64,000 nucleotides of DNA from Mobula hypostoma (taxonomy: Eukaryota). The translations under genes were made by a program, and so were the position numbers. Where the stretch lies: the NCBI RefSeq assembly GCF_963921235.1, contig NC_086107.1:96784001-96848000 (forward strand), written 5' to 3'. Below the pieces are notes generated by a model that was not told where the DNA came from, did not search any database, and saw nothing but the letters and a program-made list of their open reading frames with translations. Positions 25,071-37,966 of this stretch are shown here, one piece after another. Each line of letters opens with the position of its first letter. Within the stretch, counting starts at the first letter, position 1.

Positions 25071-26707
25071 CATTTTAAAATTTAGAGATACAGCAGGGCA
25101 ACAAGCTCTTCCAGCCCTCTGAGTTCATGCCGCCCAATTAAACCCATGTGACCAATTGACCCACTAGCAGTACATCTCTGGAATGTGGGAGGAAACCGGA
25201 GCATCCGGAGGAATCCACACAGTCGGGTGGAGAACGTGCAAACTCCTTGCAGACAGTGGCAGAATTGAACCAGGGTTGCTGGACGCTCACACTACCTTGC
25301 GACCCCAGATGGAGTACAAAACAAAGCTTCTCGCTGTCCCTCGGTACATGTGACAATAATATGCCTATTGTCAATTTACATCTACTTGAGAGATCTTGCA
25401 TTTGTGATTTATCCGAACATTAGCACTGGACAGTGCAGCTCTCTGTCAGTACTGTGCTGGACCTTGGGCAGTGTTGTGTGCACAGGAGTTTAAACTTTAC
25501 GCTGGACCTTGGGCAGTGTTGTGTGCACAGGAGTTTTAAAGTTTAAACAATCATGTGCAAACACTCACTGTGGTGAAGTGATCACAGAGAATCCTTTGTT
25601 ACTCCAGCTTCCTCCATCACAATCCTGGGCTCAGTGGCAGGAGAGACAAAGGTTCAAAGTACATTCATTATCGAAGTATGTCTACCTAACACAACCTTGA
25701 GATTCGTCTCCTTACAGGCAGCCACGAAACAACAATACCCAAAAAACCCGTTTAAAAAAAAGACACCCAATGTGCAGAGAAAAAAGATCACGCAAACAAT
25801 AAATGCAAGCAAATAGCATTCTGAGTTGAACACAGAGTGTCCATTCACAGACCTTCAGTTCAGCGCAGAGCAGAACGGCAAGCTGAATTGCCCGGCCCAT
25901 TGCCTCGGGCCCCGATACCCTGACTTTTTCAATCTGGCCCTACGCCTATATTTTCATCCGAAACATTGGGTTCGGTGGCCTCGATACGTTCTGGGACCCG
26001 CACCCCACCGCCTCGACCCGGACTGTACCCGACCTTTCCAATTTGGCCCAGCGCTTAAATCGATTGAACCTCGGGTCTTCCTTGCCCTCGGTGACAGGCC
26101 CGTTGCCTCACCTCGGTTCGGCCACATCAAATTGCCTCCAAGTCCAAACGTAAGTTACAGACCCTTGTTCGCAATGATCGTTTGCCTGCCAGTGATGGTG
26201 AGATGGTGGGAGGGAAGAGCTTCAACATCGGCTTCAAGACCCTGTCATCGGGAAACTCCTCATGATCACCAGACGCTGCTCTCCCTGTTGAGCAGCACTG
26301 GGAAGGATCACTAAAGGCACAGAGTCGTACTCCAGGGTGTGGACTTCAAAGTCCATCACCAGGGGTAGGCCAGTGGCACCAACAATGAGCGAGCCAGCGG
26401 AGTCCTGAAGGACAGATGCCAGACTGGGTCTGCGGCAGGTGGTACGTGAACCAAATACGAGGAGGAGATTACTCGATCCATCTCTCACCAGTCCGCTTGG
26501 GGCCGGGGTTCCACCGGTAGTCTCAGAACACGCCTGGAGCTCAAAACTAGCTGTGCTTGGCATGTTGGAAACCGTCAGCAGCAGGAGAAATATGCACCAG
26601 CATGGGCAGATTCCCTCTCTCAGTCGAGGCATCAGTTAAGGAGTGGAATCAAAATCGGCTTTATTATCACTGACATATGCCTTGAATCCTGTTGTATTGT
26701 GGCAGCC

Positions 26708-27032
26708 ATACAACACAAGACGTAAAAGCATCCGTTAGTCTTGCGAGACCATGGATCTGCGCCTGGAAAGTCTTCACTCTCCAGGGTGCAGGCCTGGGCA
26801 AGGTTGTATGGAAGACCAGCAGTTGCCCATGCTGCAAGTCTCCCCTCTCCATGCCACTGATGTTGTCCAAGGGAAGGGCCAGGGCCGATACAGCTTGGCA
26901 CCGGTGTCGTCGCAGAGCACTGTGTGGTTAAGTGCCTTGCTCAAGGACACAACACACTGCCTCAGCTGGGGCTCGAACTAGCGACCTTCAGGTTGCCAGT
27001 CAAACGCCTTAACCACTTGGCCACGTGCCCAC
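26708..27032 (-). mobile_element. tRNA-derived SINE
   Basis: Minus-strand head with A-box GTGGCCAAGTGG and B-box-like AGTTCGAGCC, followed by gtgtccttgagcaaggcacttaacc. Confidence 0.7.
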
Positions 27033-27849
27033 ACAATGCAGGACATATAGTATAAATTACAACATAAAACATATATATCTCCAGTGGCAGTAATGAAAAG
27101 AGGACATGCCCTGGACGGTGAGGGTCCTTCGTGACGGAGGTGGAGAAGTGCATGCTGGGAGCAGCAGCAGCCACCAGCCTGATGAAGCTGCAACAATACT
27201 TGTACGCACCTCAATCAGCGGGCCAATGGATAGAACCCAGTGGTTTCATGGTCAGAGGTCCACAGCGCTGCCGTATCTCGCCCTGAGTGTTGGTGGACAA
27301 TTGAACTGCTGAAGGGGGAGGCGGCTCTAGAGTAGCTTTATAGAACAGAGAGCAGCAAAACATAGAAGCAGACCCTTTCTTCTCCAGACCTATCCTTTCT
27401 GCCTGCCAAAGTCCAAATCCTTTCATTCTCTGCCCTTCCCTGTGACTATCTAAGAGCCTCTTAAAGCCCTCTAATGTATCTTCCTCCACCACCACACCCC
27501 CATCGGGCCTCACATTCCAGGCACCTGTCACTGTGAATGAAAATTTACCCCACTCATCTCATTTGACTTTACCCCACTCTGGCTTTAAATTTATGCCCCC
27601 TAGTGGGGAAAAAGATACAGGGTGTCTACTTTATCTGTGCCTCATAATCTTATAAACTTTTATCAGATCTCCCCGCAGCCTCCACCGCTCTAGAGAAAGC
27701 AACTCAAATTTATCCAGCCTCTTATGATCGCACATGCCCCCCAAACCAGGCAGTGTCCCGGTAAACCTCTTCCACACCCTCTCCAAAACCTTCATGTCCT
27801 TCCTGTAGTGGGGTGACCTTAGGAGGTAAAGAGGGGTTATTAAAATGAC

Positions 27850-28068
27850 ACATTCTGCAGAGGCTGGAAATCCAGAGCAGCACACACACAAAATGCTGGA
27901 GGAACTCAGCATCTATGGAGATTTCAGGCCAAGACCCTTCTTCAGGACTAAGGTAAGTCATGTCTTGGACACTGAAGATTGGTCTCGGCCTGAAACGTTG
28001 ACTGCTTATTCATTTCCATAGATGCTGCCTGACCTGCTGAGTTCCTCCGGCATTTTATGTGTGTTGCT
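27850..28068. mobile_element. Older, decayed palindromic Penelope mini-element
   Basis: Inverted arms atgctggaggaactcagca / tgctgagttcctccggcat; degenerate hammerhead cores CTGAAGA on both strands. Confidence 0.65.
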
Positions 28069-29999
28069 AAAGAGAGCTTAGCTTTATCTGTCATATGTAC
28101 CCCAAAACATACAGTAAAATGTGTCCATTGCGTCAAATCAAATCAGCAAGGATCGTAATGAATGCAATACTCCGGATGCAGATTATTAGAGTTTTATAAA
28201 GCTACAACTTAACTTCTTGACTCTTGCACTCAAGACCTTGACCAATAGGGCAAGCATGCCACATGCCTTCCTTACCACCCCAAGAATATGTGCAGTATTT
28301 TCAGGGAGCTATGGACTTGGACACTAAGACCCTTCTCTACATGGAAGCACCTTCACCAGGTGGGTTGCAGAAGTTCAAACGTACAGTTTGTAACCACCTG
28401 GCATGTGCAGTAAGGAATTTTGATTTAGTTCTGGTAAGTGCCAGAGGTGTTGGTTCATCCTGGGCTCAATCCTGATCTTTGTGTGGAGCTTGCATGTCCC
28501 CTTTGTAACCATATGAGCTTCCTTTGGGTGCTCTAGTTTCCTCTCGCATCCCAGAGGTTGACTGGGTGCTGCAAACTGCCCCCAGTGTGTCGTGACTGGG
28601 AGAACCAGGGGGGAATTGATGGGAATCAGTTTCAGGGAATGGGGATGGCTCTGTGAACCTGCCCAGAGTCATTCAGATAAATACAGTAGCATCCTTCTTT
28701 ATCATAAGGATATGGAAATAAGTTACCAGGATAGAGAGAAATGGGAGCAGGCTCCTAGGGATCCAATGGACTGATGGACCCTATGACCCTCTGTGATCCA
28801 ATGGACTGCTGGACTCTGTGTCACAAGAAGTATAATACCCATAACCAAGGCAGCTAACCAACAGTGCTCTGTTCAAAAGGCAGGCCTTCCTCAGGAGCTT
28901 CCTTAAAGCAGTTTCTTTTAAGGAATCGTCTTTTGTGAGAGTGTTGAGATCCTCTTTAAATGGAATGATCACTTGCAGCTCTCTTCAAAGAGTGAGCCAC
29001 CTCACCTCCCCTTTCAGCGAATGCTCTCAGTGTTGGGACCACTTCAAAAAGTGTCCAGCCCTGTCAGAGTGGGCAATGTTACAGCCTCTTCAGAGCAAAA
29101 CACTTCAATCTGAAAGGGGCTTGGATCCAAGTGGGAGCCTGCCTTCCCTATGACCCATCCCTCCCAAGTTCCCTCAACTCTTCCAGCAAAAGCACGACGG
29201 GACAGCAGCGGAGACCGCGCTCAGATCTTTAGCAGGTTGATCCATTTACTCCCAATTGATCGGTGGGTCTCACCGTTGGGGTGTCTCTGTTCCATTGGGT
29301 GATGGATTGGAGTGCGGACCCTCGCTGATGGAGTGTTTTTTTAATGAGATGTTAAAGATTAAAGGTTAGCTTTAATTATCACAGCTAAATCAAAATATAC
29401 AATGAAATGCATTTTTTTGTGTCACTGACCAACCTGAGGCGTGGGGGTTGAGACCAGCAGAGGGAGATGGAGGGGTGGGGGATGTTGGTGCGTGGGGGAG
29501 ATAGTCGAAGGGTGTGGCTGTCTGAGGGGGGAAGAACAGTCTGGGAGGAGAGTCTGGGGTGGGAGTGGTAGACAGTCTGAGGGGGGAGAAAATCAGGGGG
29601 ACAGACAGTCCAGGGGTGTGGCTGTATGAGGGGGGTGACTGTTTATGATGGAGACAGTCTGGGGTAGGAACAGTCTGGGAGGGGACAGTTGGTGGGGGGG
29701 GAGTAGACAGTTGTGGGGAGACAAGGAAGGTGAATCAGAAAGTGAGACAGGGGAAGAGACGGGCCAGATGTGTTGAAACAGTGGATGAGACGGGTTAGAT
29801 GTGTTGAAAGAGGGGGAGAGACGGGATGAGACAGGGGGTGAGGCGGGATGAGATGTATTAGAACAGGGCGGGAGAGACGGGAATGAGACGGGGCGGCGGT
29901 GAGACACAGGGTTTTAGATGGTGAATGGGGAAAGACACGGAGGATGATCCGGGGTGTGTGTGGGTGGAGATGGGGACAGAGGGAAACTCTCAGGAATGA

Positions 30000-30900
30000 A
30001 TCACGGGTGCAGATACAAACGCCCGAATGACGTTGGGAACGATGAACACATAACCTGTGAATCAAAAATGGTTCTCTTCCATCGAACACGGACAAAGTGA
30101 ATCCGAGAGGCTGGGACCCAAACAGTTAATCGTTCCATCAAAGCAGCCCATCTTTCGGCGGGCACAACATGCAGCCATCCTTGTGGCTTCCGGATCTGGG
30201 AATCTCCCCACCGGGGAGCAGGGAGGGAAGGGTATCGGGATTAGATCCGTATCGGGGAGAGCCGGGGCTCGCCCACAGCCGACACACAACATACAAAAGG
30301 CACGGAGCTCAGCCACAGTACCTTGCCACATCTGGATGCTGCGAGTACCTGCGCCGGCCGCCTCGGATTCCAGCCGGAGCCTGTCGAATATTTACGGCTG
30401 CGACCTGATAATATTCCTGTGTTTTCCTGGGATCCTGGCCCCACTGCCGTCACGTGAGCCGATTATGGAAGGAGCGGCTCCCCCATCACATCACACACTC
30501 CACCACTCCCTTCTGAGACGCGAGAGCTTCCCTCAGCAGCTGAGCCCCCCTGCTCTCCGCCAGGCATGCTCAGACCGGAGATGCTCATCATCCCGGCCTC
30601 CCCAGCTCCCCCGGCGCAGCCACCGCCCGGCCGGGCTTTCCCTTCGGCGGGCAGTTTACCTCGCCGGGTGGCAGGTCGTGTGATGCCCCGCCGCCCCTAA
30701 CTAGGCGGAGGCCGCTCTCCACGGGCAGATGGCCGGGGCTGGGGTGTAAGACACAGGAGGGAGCAAGTGATAGAATCTGGAGCGACGGACAATCTGGAAG
30801 AAAGCGAGTCCGGCAGCATCTGCGGGAGATAAGGGAGCTGTCTACCATTCAGATCCAAATCCCCGGGCAGTCCCCACTCAGAGTTTGGACCCCAAAGGTT
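30000..30900 (-). promoter_or_regulatory. CpG island, probable promoter of the short SEPTIN3 isoform
   Basis: Dense CpGs and GC boxes (ccccgccgcccc near 30685) in an otherwise CpG-poor window; contains the MWQG donor and another minus-strand donor-like site (gag|gtaaac near 30659). Confidence 0.65.
30322..30331 (-). CDS. SEPTIN3: Candidate short-isoform first coding segment ATG TGG CAA G (MWQG-LEEDR...)
   Basis: ATGTGGCAAG|gtactg is a phase-1 donor inside the CpG island and is in frame with exon 21598. It parallels the mammalian MSKG-LPE start. Confidence 0.6.
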
Positions 30901-32104
30901 GACAATTCCTCCCCCTGCCCCCACAGAGTTCTCTGGACCCACTGAGTTGCTCCAGCAGATTGTTGCAACGGGACCCGGACATCTGGCTGAACTGGCCTCC
31001 CCCCTTGTGAACGGGACAAACCGGCCCGGAACAAGGAGCATTAAAATGCACCGCCACTTTTCATTAAAAATTCCGAATGTGCAGAATGTCAACCAGCCCT
31101 CCACGCCATCGGGGACTTCTTCAACAGGCAGTGCCTCAAGAAGGCGCCATCCATCACCGAGGACCCTCTCCATCGAGGACGTGCCCCCTTCTCCTTACTA
31201 CCATCGGAGAGAAGGTCCAGAAACCAGAAGCCTCACCCTGGACGATTCAAAACCAGCTTCTTCCCCCGCCCCACCCTGCCATTAGATTTCTGAACAGTTC
31301 ATAACTACCTCGTTATTCCCTTTTTTTGTATTTTAGTAAGTTATAGTAATTTTATATCTTGTCCTTCTGTTGGAAAACAAGAGATTTCACGTCAACACGG
31401 ATAAAATACTGGAGGAACCCGGCAGGTCGGGCAACACCTATGGAAATGCATAAACCGTTGACATTTCTGGCAGAGACCCCTCTTCACATCATCTAAATCC
31501 GTGACAAAAAAAAGGGACAAGGCCACCACTTAGTACCTAACTTTATTCTTCTGAATTATCTCACTGATCTGTGAGTGGGAACATTCCCCAGAGCGCAGCA
31601 GGACAAGTTCACAATGTGGAGTTAGGGAGGGACTGCAAAAACAGTGTAAGACAAAAAAAAAATCAACACATTTCAAGGCATACGTGAGCGATGATAAAAC
31701 TGATTCTGATAGGGGTCTCCATTGTGGACTGAGAGTGGGAAGGGGGTCAGGGAGAGGGGAATCACGGTTGGGAAAAGGGGAAGAGAGTGGGAAGTACCAG
31801 AGAGACATTCTGTAATGATCAATAAACCAATTGTTTGGAATCCAATGACCTTGCCTGGTGTCTCAGGGCTGGGTGTGTCTGCACCTGTGCCACCCCCCCA
31901 TCCCTGGCACTCCTTCTCTGCCACCTGTCCCACACTCCTCCCATGGTGCTCCACCCTTGCCATTCACAACACCCCCTGCTCCCGCCAGATTTGCAAACTC
32001 GCTCTCTGCCCCAGGGTGACAAGTACAGGACTGTACTAGGCACCCTGGTTATATATATGTGCCCAACACTTTTGCACAGTTCCGTAGGAGGCCGAACGGT
32101 GCGT

Positions 32105-33340
32105 TACATAGGTTGATAAAATTTATGAGAGGCATAGACATGATAGAGAGTCAAAGACTTTATCCCAGGACAAGAGAGTGCAGAAGAAGACACGGGTTTC
32201 AGGTGAGAGGGGAGAATTTAAGGCAGGTCTGACAGGATAAGTGTTTCACAGAGAGAATGGTAAATATCTGGAATGAGCTGCTGGAGGAAGTGGGCGAGGT
32301 GGGACAATAACAATGTTTAAAAGGCCTTTTTCTCTTTTGCATTTAAATCCCTTACTTCCAGCTTCTTTCGGTTAAGGTTTACGATTTTTTTTATGTGTAA
32401 ACATATTATAGCTCAGGTAGTAGGCAATATACCTTTTTATAAATACAGCTCTGCGGTGATAAAAGTTCTGATTAACTTTTCTATATATCGTAAGGTTGGC
32501 TTGGAGTTGGGTAGTGGGTGGGTGGGTGGGTGGGGTGGTAGCTAACTTTATATGATTCTACTATGGGTGATTTTCCTTAACTGTTATAAACTGGCCCATT
32601 CCCATTCTGATATGTCTATCCATGGCCTCCTCTACTGTAAAGATGAAGCCACACTCAGGTTGGAGGAGCAACACCTTATATTCCGTCTGGGTAGCCTCCA
32701 ACCTGATGGCATGAACATTGACTTCTCAAACTTCCGCTAATGTCCCACCTCCCCCTCATACCCTATCCATTATTTATTTATTTATATACACACATCCTTT
32801 TTCTCCCTCTGTCCCTCTGACTATACCCCTCGCCCATCCTCTGGGCTTCCCCCTCCCCCTTTTCTTTCTCCCTGGGCCTCCTGTCCCATGATCCTCTCAT
32901 ATCCCTTTTGCCAATCAACTGTCCAGCTCTTGGTTCCATTCCTCCCCTTCCTGTCTTCTCCTATCATTTTGGATCTCCCCCTCCCCCTCCAACTTTCAAA
33001 TCTCTTACTAGTTCGTCCTTCAGTTAGTCCTGACGAAGGGTCTCGGCCTGAAACGTCGACTGTCCCTCTTCCTAGAGATGCTGCCTGGCCTGCTGCGTTC
33101 ACCAGCAACTTTTATGTGTGTTGCTGTACATTTGATATGTTTGTTTTGCACTGTATAAACTTCTTTTTTACTGTTTTTGTTGTTGTTGCATTGTAGAAAC
33201 TTATAAAAAATTAATTTAAAAAAAGGCCTTTGGATGGGTTCGGATAGGGAAGGGGTATGGGGCTAATGGAGTAAATAGAATTAGCATAGATGGACATCAC
33301 AGTCAGTGTGGACAAGCTGGACTGAAGGGCTTAATTCTGT
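32105..33340 (+). mobile_element. Nested cluster: CR1 3' end, containing an L1-like 3' UTR (about 32331-33220), containing a Penelope 3' fragment (about 32591-33124)
   Basis: The CR1 text is interrupted and resumes at a duplicated aaaaggccttt. The inner piece translates HSHSDMSIHGLLYCKDEATLRLEEQHLIFRLGSLQPDGMNIDFSNFR. Confidence 0.75.
33026..33061 (+). ncRNA. Minimal hammerhead ribozyme motif in a Penelope pLTR
   Basis: AGTC-CTGACGA-AGGgtctcggCCT-GAAAC-GTC-GACT, identical to 6803-6838. Confidence 0.75.
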
Positions 33341-33754
33341 GTTGTTCTACAAAGTTCAAAGTACATTTATTATCAAAGTACATAAACTATATATAATCTT
33401 GAGATTCGTCTCCTTACAGGCAGCCTTGAAACAAAGGAACCCAACAGAACCCATTATAGGAAGAAGACCGTCAAACACCCAGTGTACAGGAAAATGCTTC
33501 AGTCAGTACTCATGCTGCTTATCAGCTGACCCTGTGCTGAGAAAGAGTCACTGACCCAAAACGTGACGTTTATCTCTCTCCACAGATTCTGCCTTACTGG
33601 TAGTGTTCTTCCAGAGTTTCAATTTTGTCTCATATTCCAGTATCTGCAGTTGTATTTGCCTTCCAAACATGGTACTGCATACATACACATAAACACACAG
33701 TCTCATGCACGCAAACACTCATATACATACACAGACGCACACATGCACACAAAG

Positions 33755-33755
<1 letters not shown>

Positions 33756-33797
<42 letters not shown>
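33756..33797. repeat. (CA)n microsatellite
   Basis: Direct reading. Confidence 0.95.
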
Positions 33798-33799
<2 letters not shown>

Positions 33800-36211
33800 T
33801 TTTTGTTCATTCACAGAATTACAAACTGAAGACAGCTGAGGAAGAGCCTGCGTTCATCGGTGCTAGAAACTGTCCCCATCCCGCTGGCTGGACCTGCAGC
33901 CCCACTGACCCGGCGCACACGCTGACCAGCATGCCGTGAACTTCCCGACATCAGCCTGATATAGTCTTCCTCCGCTGGGACTGCTTGCTCAGCTTTGAAG
34001 ATTTACACCGAGCCGATTCCGCCAGCACGCAGCCAACAGGGGCCGAAGGTCGAGCCGGCAGTGTGGCTGAGCGGTGGGGTCAGTGCTGCCGGCTCACAGT
34101 TTCAGAGACCCGGGTTCAACCCTGACCTCCGCCGTTGTCTGGCGTTCGCACGTGTTCCCCGTGACCACGTGGATTTGCCCCACGTGCTCCGGTTTCCTCC
34201 CCCCACCCCAAAAGGCTGGTGGGGGTGAATCGGCTGGTGTGAATCGCCCCTGGTGTAGGTTACTGTCACCCTCACTACCCATATCCCTCTTGCCACACAC
34301 CACTTCTGTCACCTCGATAACCCTCACTACCAGTATCCCTTCTCTGCCACAAACCACTTCTGCAGAGAACTTACTGAGTGCAGGCTGGACCTGTAGGTTG
34401 TTTCCTCGTCCACAGTCTATTTCCCTCAGAATCCCCCTCCTCCTACAGTCTTCCTCCTCCTACAATTTCCTCTCCCCGCAATCTCACCCCCTCAACACCT
34501 CTTCTCCTCAATCGCAGTCCCACTCCTCCTCTGCCATAACCTTCTTCTACCTGTTTCCAAGCAAACTCCCCTCCTACTAACGCTGTGCTGACTCCCCCAG
34601 ACAGGAACAATCGTCATGTCTACTCTTCAGCACCCCCCCCCACCAGCTCCCTGCTCCCATCCCACATAGCTCGCCCTCAGCCTTGTGCTCTGCGCTCCCC
34701 TCTGCCCCTCCTGCCGCCCTGCCCTCTTTCGTCCCCTTCCCAACCTACTTCCCACGCCACTCACTCCAGGAATTCCCCCAGCTGCCTCCCATCCCACTCT
34801 GAAGCAGCTTTAAAGTTCTGCGTTCAGATGGCCTCCTGCCTTGCCCCATCCACAAGATTCCATCCTTCCCTTTCTGGAAAGTTCTCTCGCAAGGAACCTT
34901 CAGTCAACAGGCCCAATCTTGGTGGATCAGTTGCACCCCACCCCTCCTCTATCCAGCCCTTTAACACTTCTGCAGTTTCAAGCCCTATTCCAGCAGAGAA
35001 GCAGGAGGATTCTGTACTCACAGCTCTTCCCCCGAGACTTTTTCAGGTTCTGCGTGTTAGGAAAGGACATCAGTTGTGACGTTCCTGACGAGTCACTGGC
35101 CCCCTATTGGTTTGTGCCCTCTATCTCAGTGAAACACAGCAGGAGGTGAAGACTGATAAGGAATAGCTGTTAGCTGAGAACCAAACCCACACCGATTTCC
35201 ACAGGCTGGCCGGGAGTGGGCTCACCTCTGGAAGACCCAGGGACTGCCTGTTGCTGAATTCCCCCCCGTTGTCTCGCTGCCCCTCCTTTGCTCTTTGTTG
35301 CCCCCTGTCATGACTCATAGGGGAAAGCCACGGATTGGCTGCTGTGGCACGGTGGGTGACCTGCTGTCCCATTCACACCAGCTGATTGGTTCTCAGTTTA
35401 CGGCCGACAAAGTCACCCAGCCTTATTGTGTCTGGTGTCTGGTTCATCCCCACACACACAGGGAGGAGTCAGGGGTGAGGCAGGGCCATGGTTACTGGTG
35501 TGTTAGCAACAGGGGGTAGGTTGAGGCTGTGACCGAAGCTGGTTATTGGCGGGCGATGCCCAGGCTGAATATTGGACCTCAGGCCTAGGCCTAGGCTGGA
35601 GCTTGCTGCTCAGGTGGGACCCATGCCTGGTACAGGGCAGCCCACCACCGGCTGGGCTCAGCCCAGTCTGAGGCCTTTCTTTGAGGCCTCAGTCTTCACA
35701 TCCTTTGCAGGTCACTGAGGTCACCTAGCTCACAATTCTCTGAGAGCTCCCTGTGAGTAAGTTACTCTTTCTGGGGGGGAGGGGGGAAGAAATTCCCACT
35801 CCCACCACATCTACCTCAAACATTAGCAAAGTTTCTCTCCATGGTTGCTGCCTGACCTGGTGAGCCTTCCTAGAATTTTCCATTTTTATCCTTTCCCCAC
35901 AGCCTCTGTTGATTTTCGAGGGAAGTTGGCGTCTCTTATTGCCCTCATATAAGACGCTCAACTTTCCTTTCGCGCGTGGAAGGTCGTTTATGTTAGGGGA
36001 CTCTCGGTAAGCTTGATCCTAGAATTGTCCACTAATCGCAGTAAAATAACAATAATTCTAACTGGCTGCATCCATGGTATGGGGGGGGGAGGTGGGGGCT
36101 AATATCAAAATAAGCTGCAGAGAGTTATAAACTTAGTCAGCTCCATCATGGGCACTAGCCTCCAGGCCACCTTCAAGGAGCGGTGACTCAGAAAGGCAGC
36201 GTCCATCATTA

Positions 36212-36416
36212 CTCACAGCATGCTGGAGGAACTCAGCAGGTCAGGCAGCATCCGTGGAAAAGATTGGTCGACGTTTCGGGCCGGAACCCTTCGTCAGGAC
36301 GTTTCCGGCCCGAAACGTCGACCGATCTTTGCCACGGATGCTGCCCGACCTGCTGAGTTCCTCCAGCGTGTTGTGAGTGTTGCTTTGACCCCAGCATCTG
36401 CAGATCATTTTGTGTT
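36212..36416. mobile_element. Palindromic Penelope-derived mini-element inside a Rex1-like LINE fragment; hammerhead motif on minus at 36267-36300
   Basis: TSD agcgtccatcatta (36198-36211) vs agcatccatcatta (36417-36430). The minus arm reads gtcCTGACGAagggttccggcccGAAACGTCgac; the plus arm lacks the CTGACGA half. Confidence 0.85.
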
Positions 36417-37647
36417 AGCATCCATCATTAAGGATCCCATCACTGAGGACATACCCCCTTCTTGTTGTTACCATCAGGTAGGAGGTACAGAAGCCTGAAG
36501 GCACACACTCAGCGATTCAGGAACAGCTTCTTCTCCTCTGCCATCAGATATCTGAATGGACATTGAAACCATGAAGACTACCTCACTACTAATTTTCTAT
36601 TTTTATTTTTGCACAATTTATTGAATTTAACTATAACTATTTTATATATACACTTACTGAAATTCACAGTTTTTTCCTCTATTATTATGTATCGCATTGT
36701 ACCGCTGTCACAAAGACAACAGATTTCATGACGTATGCCAATGATATTAAACCTGATTCTGATCTGCTCTCCAATTATTCAGAATTCCCAGTGGTTGGAC
36801 ATCTCCACTCACTGGTCGTCATTTCCCATGGTCCCTTTAAACCCATCGAAGCCCCAGTACCTGTGGTCGCTGTAAGGTTACCATTGGCCCCTTTCTGCAC
36901 TCTCCTTAAACTCGCTGGAAGATTGACAAAACTGCTGTGGAACATGTAAAAAAAGTGATTGGAAGTGTGTTGGGGGTTTTTGTGCTATTGAAGTCATGAG
37001 GGAACTAGACTCAGAGAATTTTACTGTCAAGACCAAGGCTGATTGAATCCTTTGAGCAACAGGGATTCCAGGCTCATTAAAAACCACCACAAATTACAGA
37101 TCCTGTTTCAATATTGGGGATAAAGACCCATCAAAGAACCATCAAACAAGTAGAAATTATAGGGTCCCTTTAGTCACAGGGGATAAAAGGCCACGTTAAA
37201 CTGAGGTTACAGATTGAAAAAGTTTTGGGTGTCCAGGCCGGAAGTAAGGGACAGGCCTGTTCAGATCACTGCTCCATGAAGTTTGCTTGGCTCTGCGCTG
37301 AAACATAGGACTCTTGTGGACTCCAGTTCAGAATGCTGGTTGCTTGTGGATTTTTTTCTCTCTCTCTGCACATTGGGTGTTCGACGGTCTTCTTTTTTTT
37401 TATATATATGGGTTCTTTTTTATGGGCATGATATGTTTTCTTTTCTCTTTGCTTATTGGGTGTTCAGTGGTCTTTTTTTTAAATGGGTTCTTTTGGGTTT
37501 CTTTGTTTTGTGGCTGCCTGTAAGGAGACGAATCTCAAGGTTCTATAATTTTTGCATACTTTGATAATAAATATACCTTGAACTTTGAGGCCTGATGAGC
37601 AACCAGTGATTAGAGTCTCCAATTAAACAGTGAGACACAATAAACTG

Positions 37648-37852
37648 CTTTTTTAATATATATATATAAAAAATTATAAAAGTTTCTTTATCTTATTTTT
37701 TATTATATTATTAGATTAATACTATGTATGATCTTGATAATGTTTATTTTACCTTTTATATGTATTGTTATCGATATAGATATTTGAGATAATTCTCCTC
37801 TTGTTTGTACTTTTTAAAAAATTAATAAAAGATTGATAAAGAAAGAAAGAAA
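37648..37852 (+). mobile_element. AT-rich retroposon 3' end (AATAAA plus (GAAA)n tail) flanked by a 68-bp direct repeat
   Basis: Direct repeats at 37580-37647 and 37853-37921. Confidence 0.65.
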
Positions 37853-37966
37853 GAACTTTGAGGCCTGATGAGCAACCAGTGATTAGAGTCTCCAATTAAA
37901 CAGTGAGACACAACTAAACTGTATAAATAACTACCACCGACTCGACTGGACTATCGGAGATTACAT

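Noticed and set aside
29185..29215. REST/RE1 site (agcacgacgggacagc), plausible for a neuronal gene
   Set aside because: The left half-site and the spacing deviate from TCAGCACCnnGGACAG; not supportable by eye.
30057..30683. 208-aa plus-strand ORF
   Set aside because: Explained by stop-codon scarcity in the CpG island; no recognisable homology.
37590..37620. Hammerhead core ctgatgag in the 68-bp repeat
   Set aside because: No stem II or GAAA partner follows.
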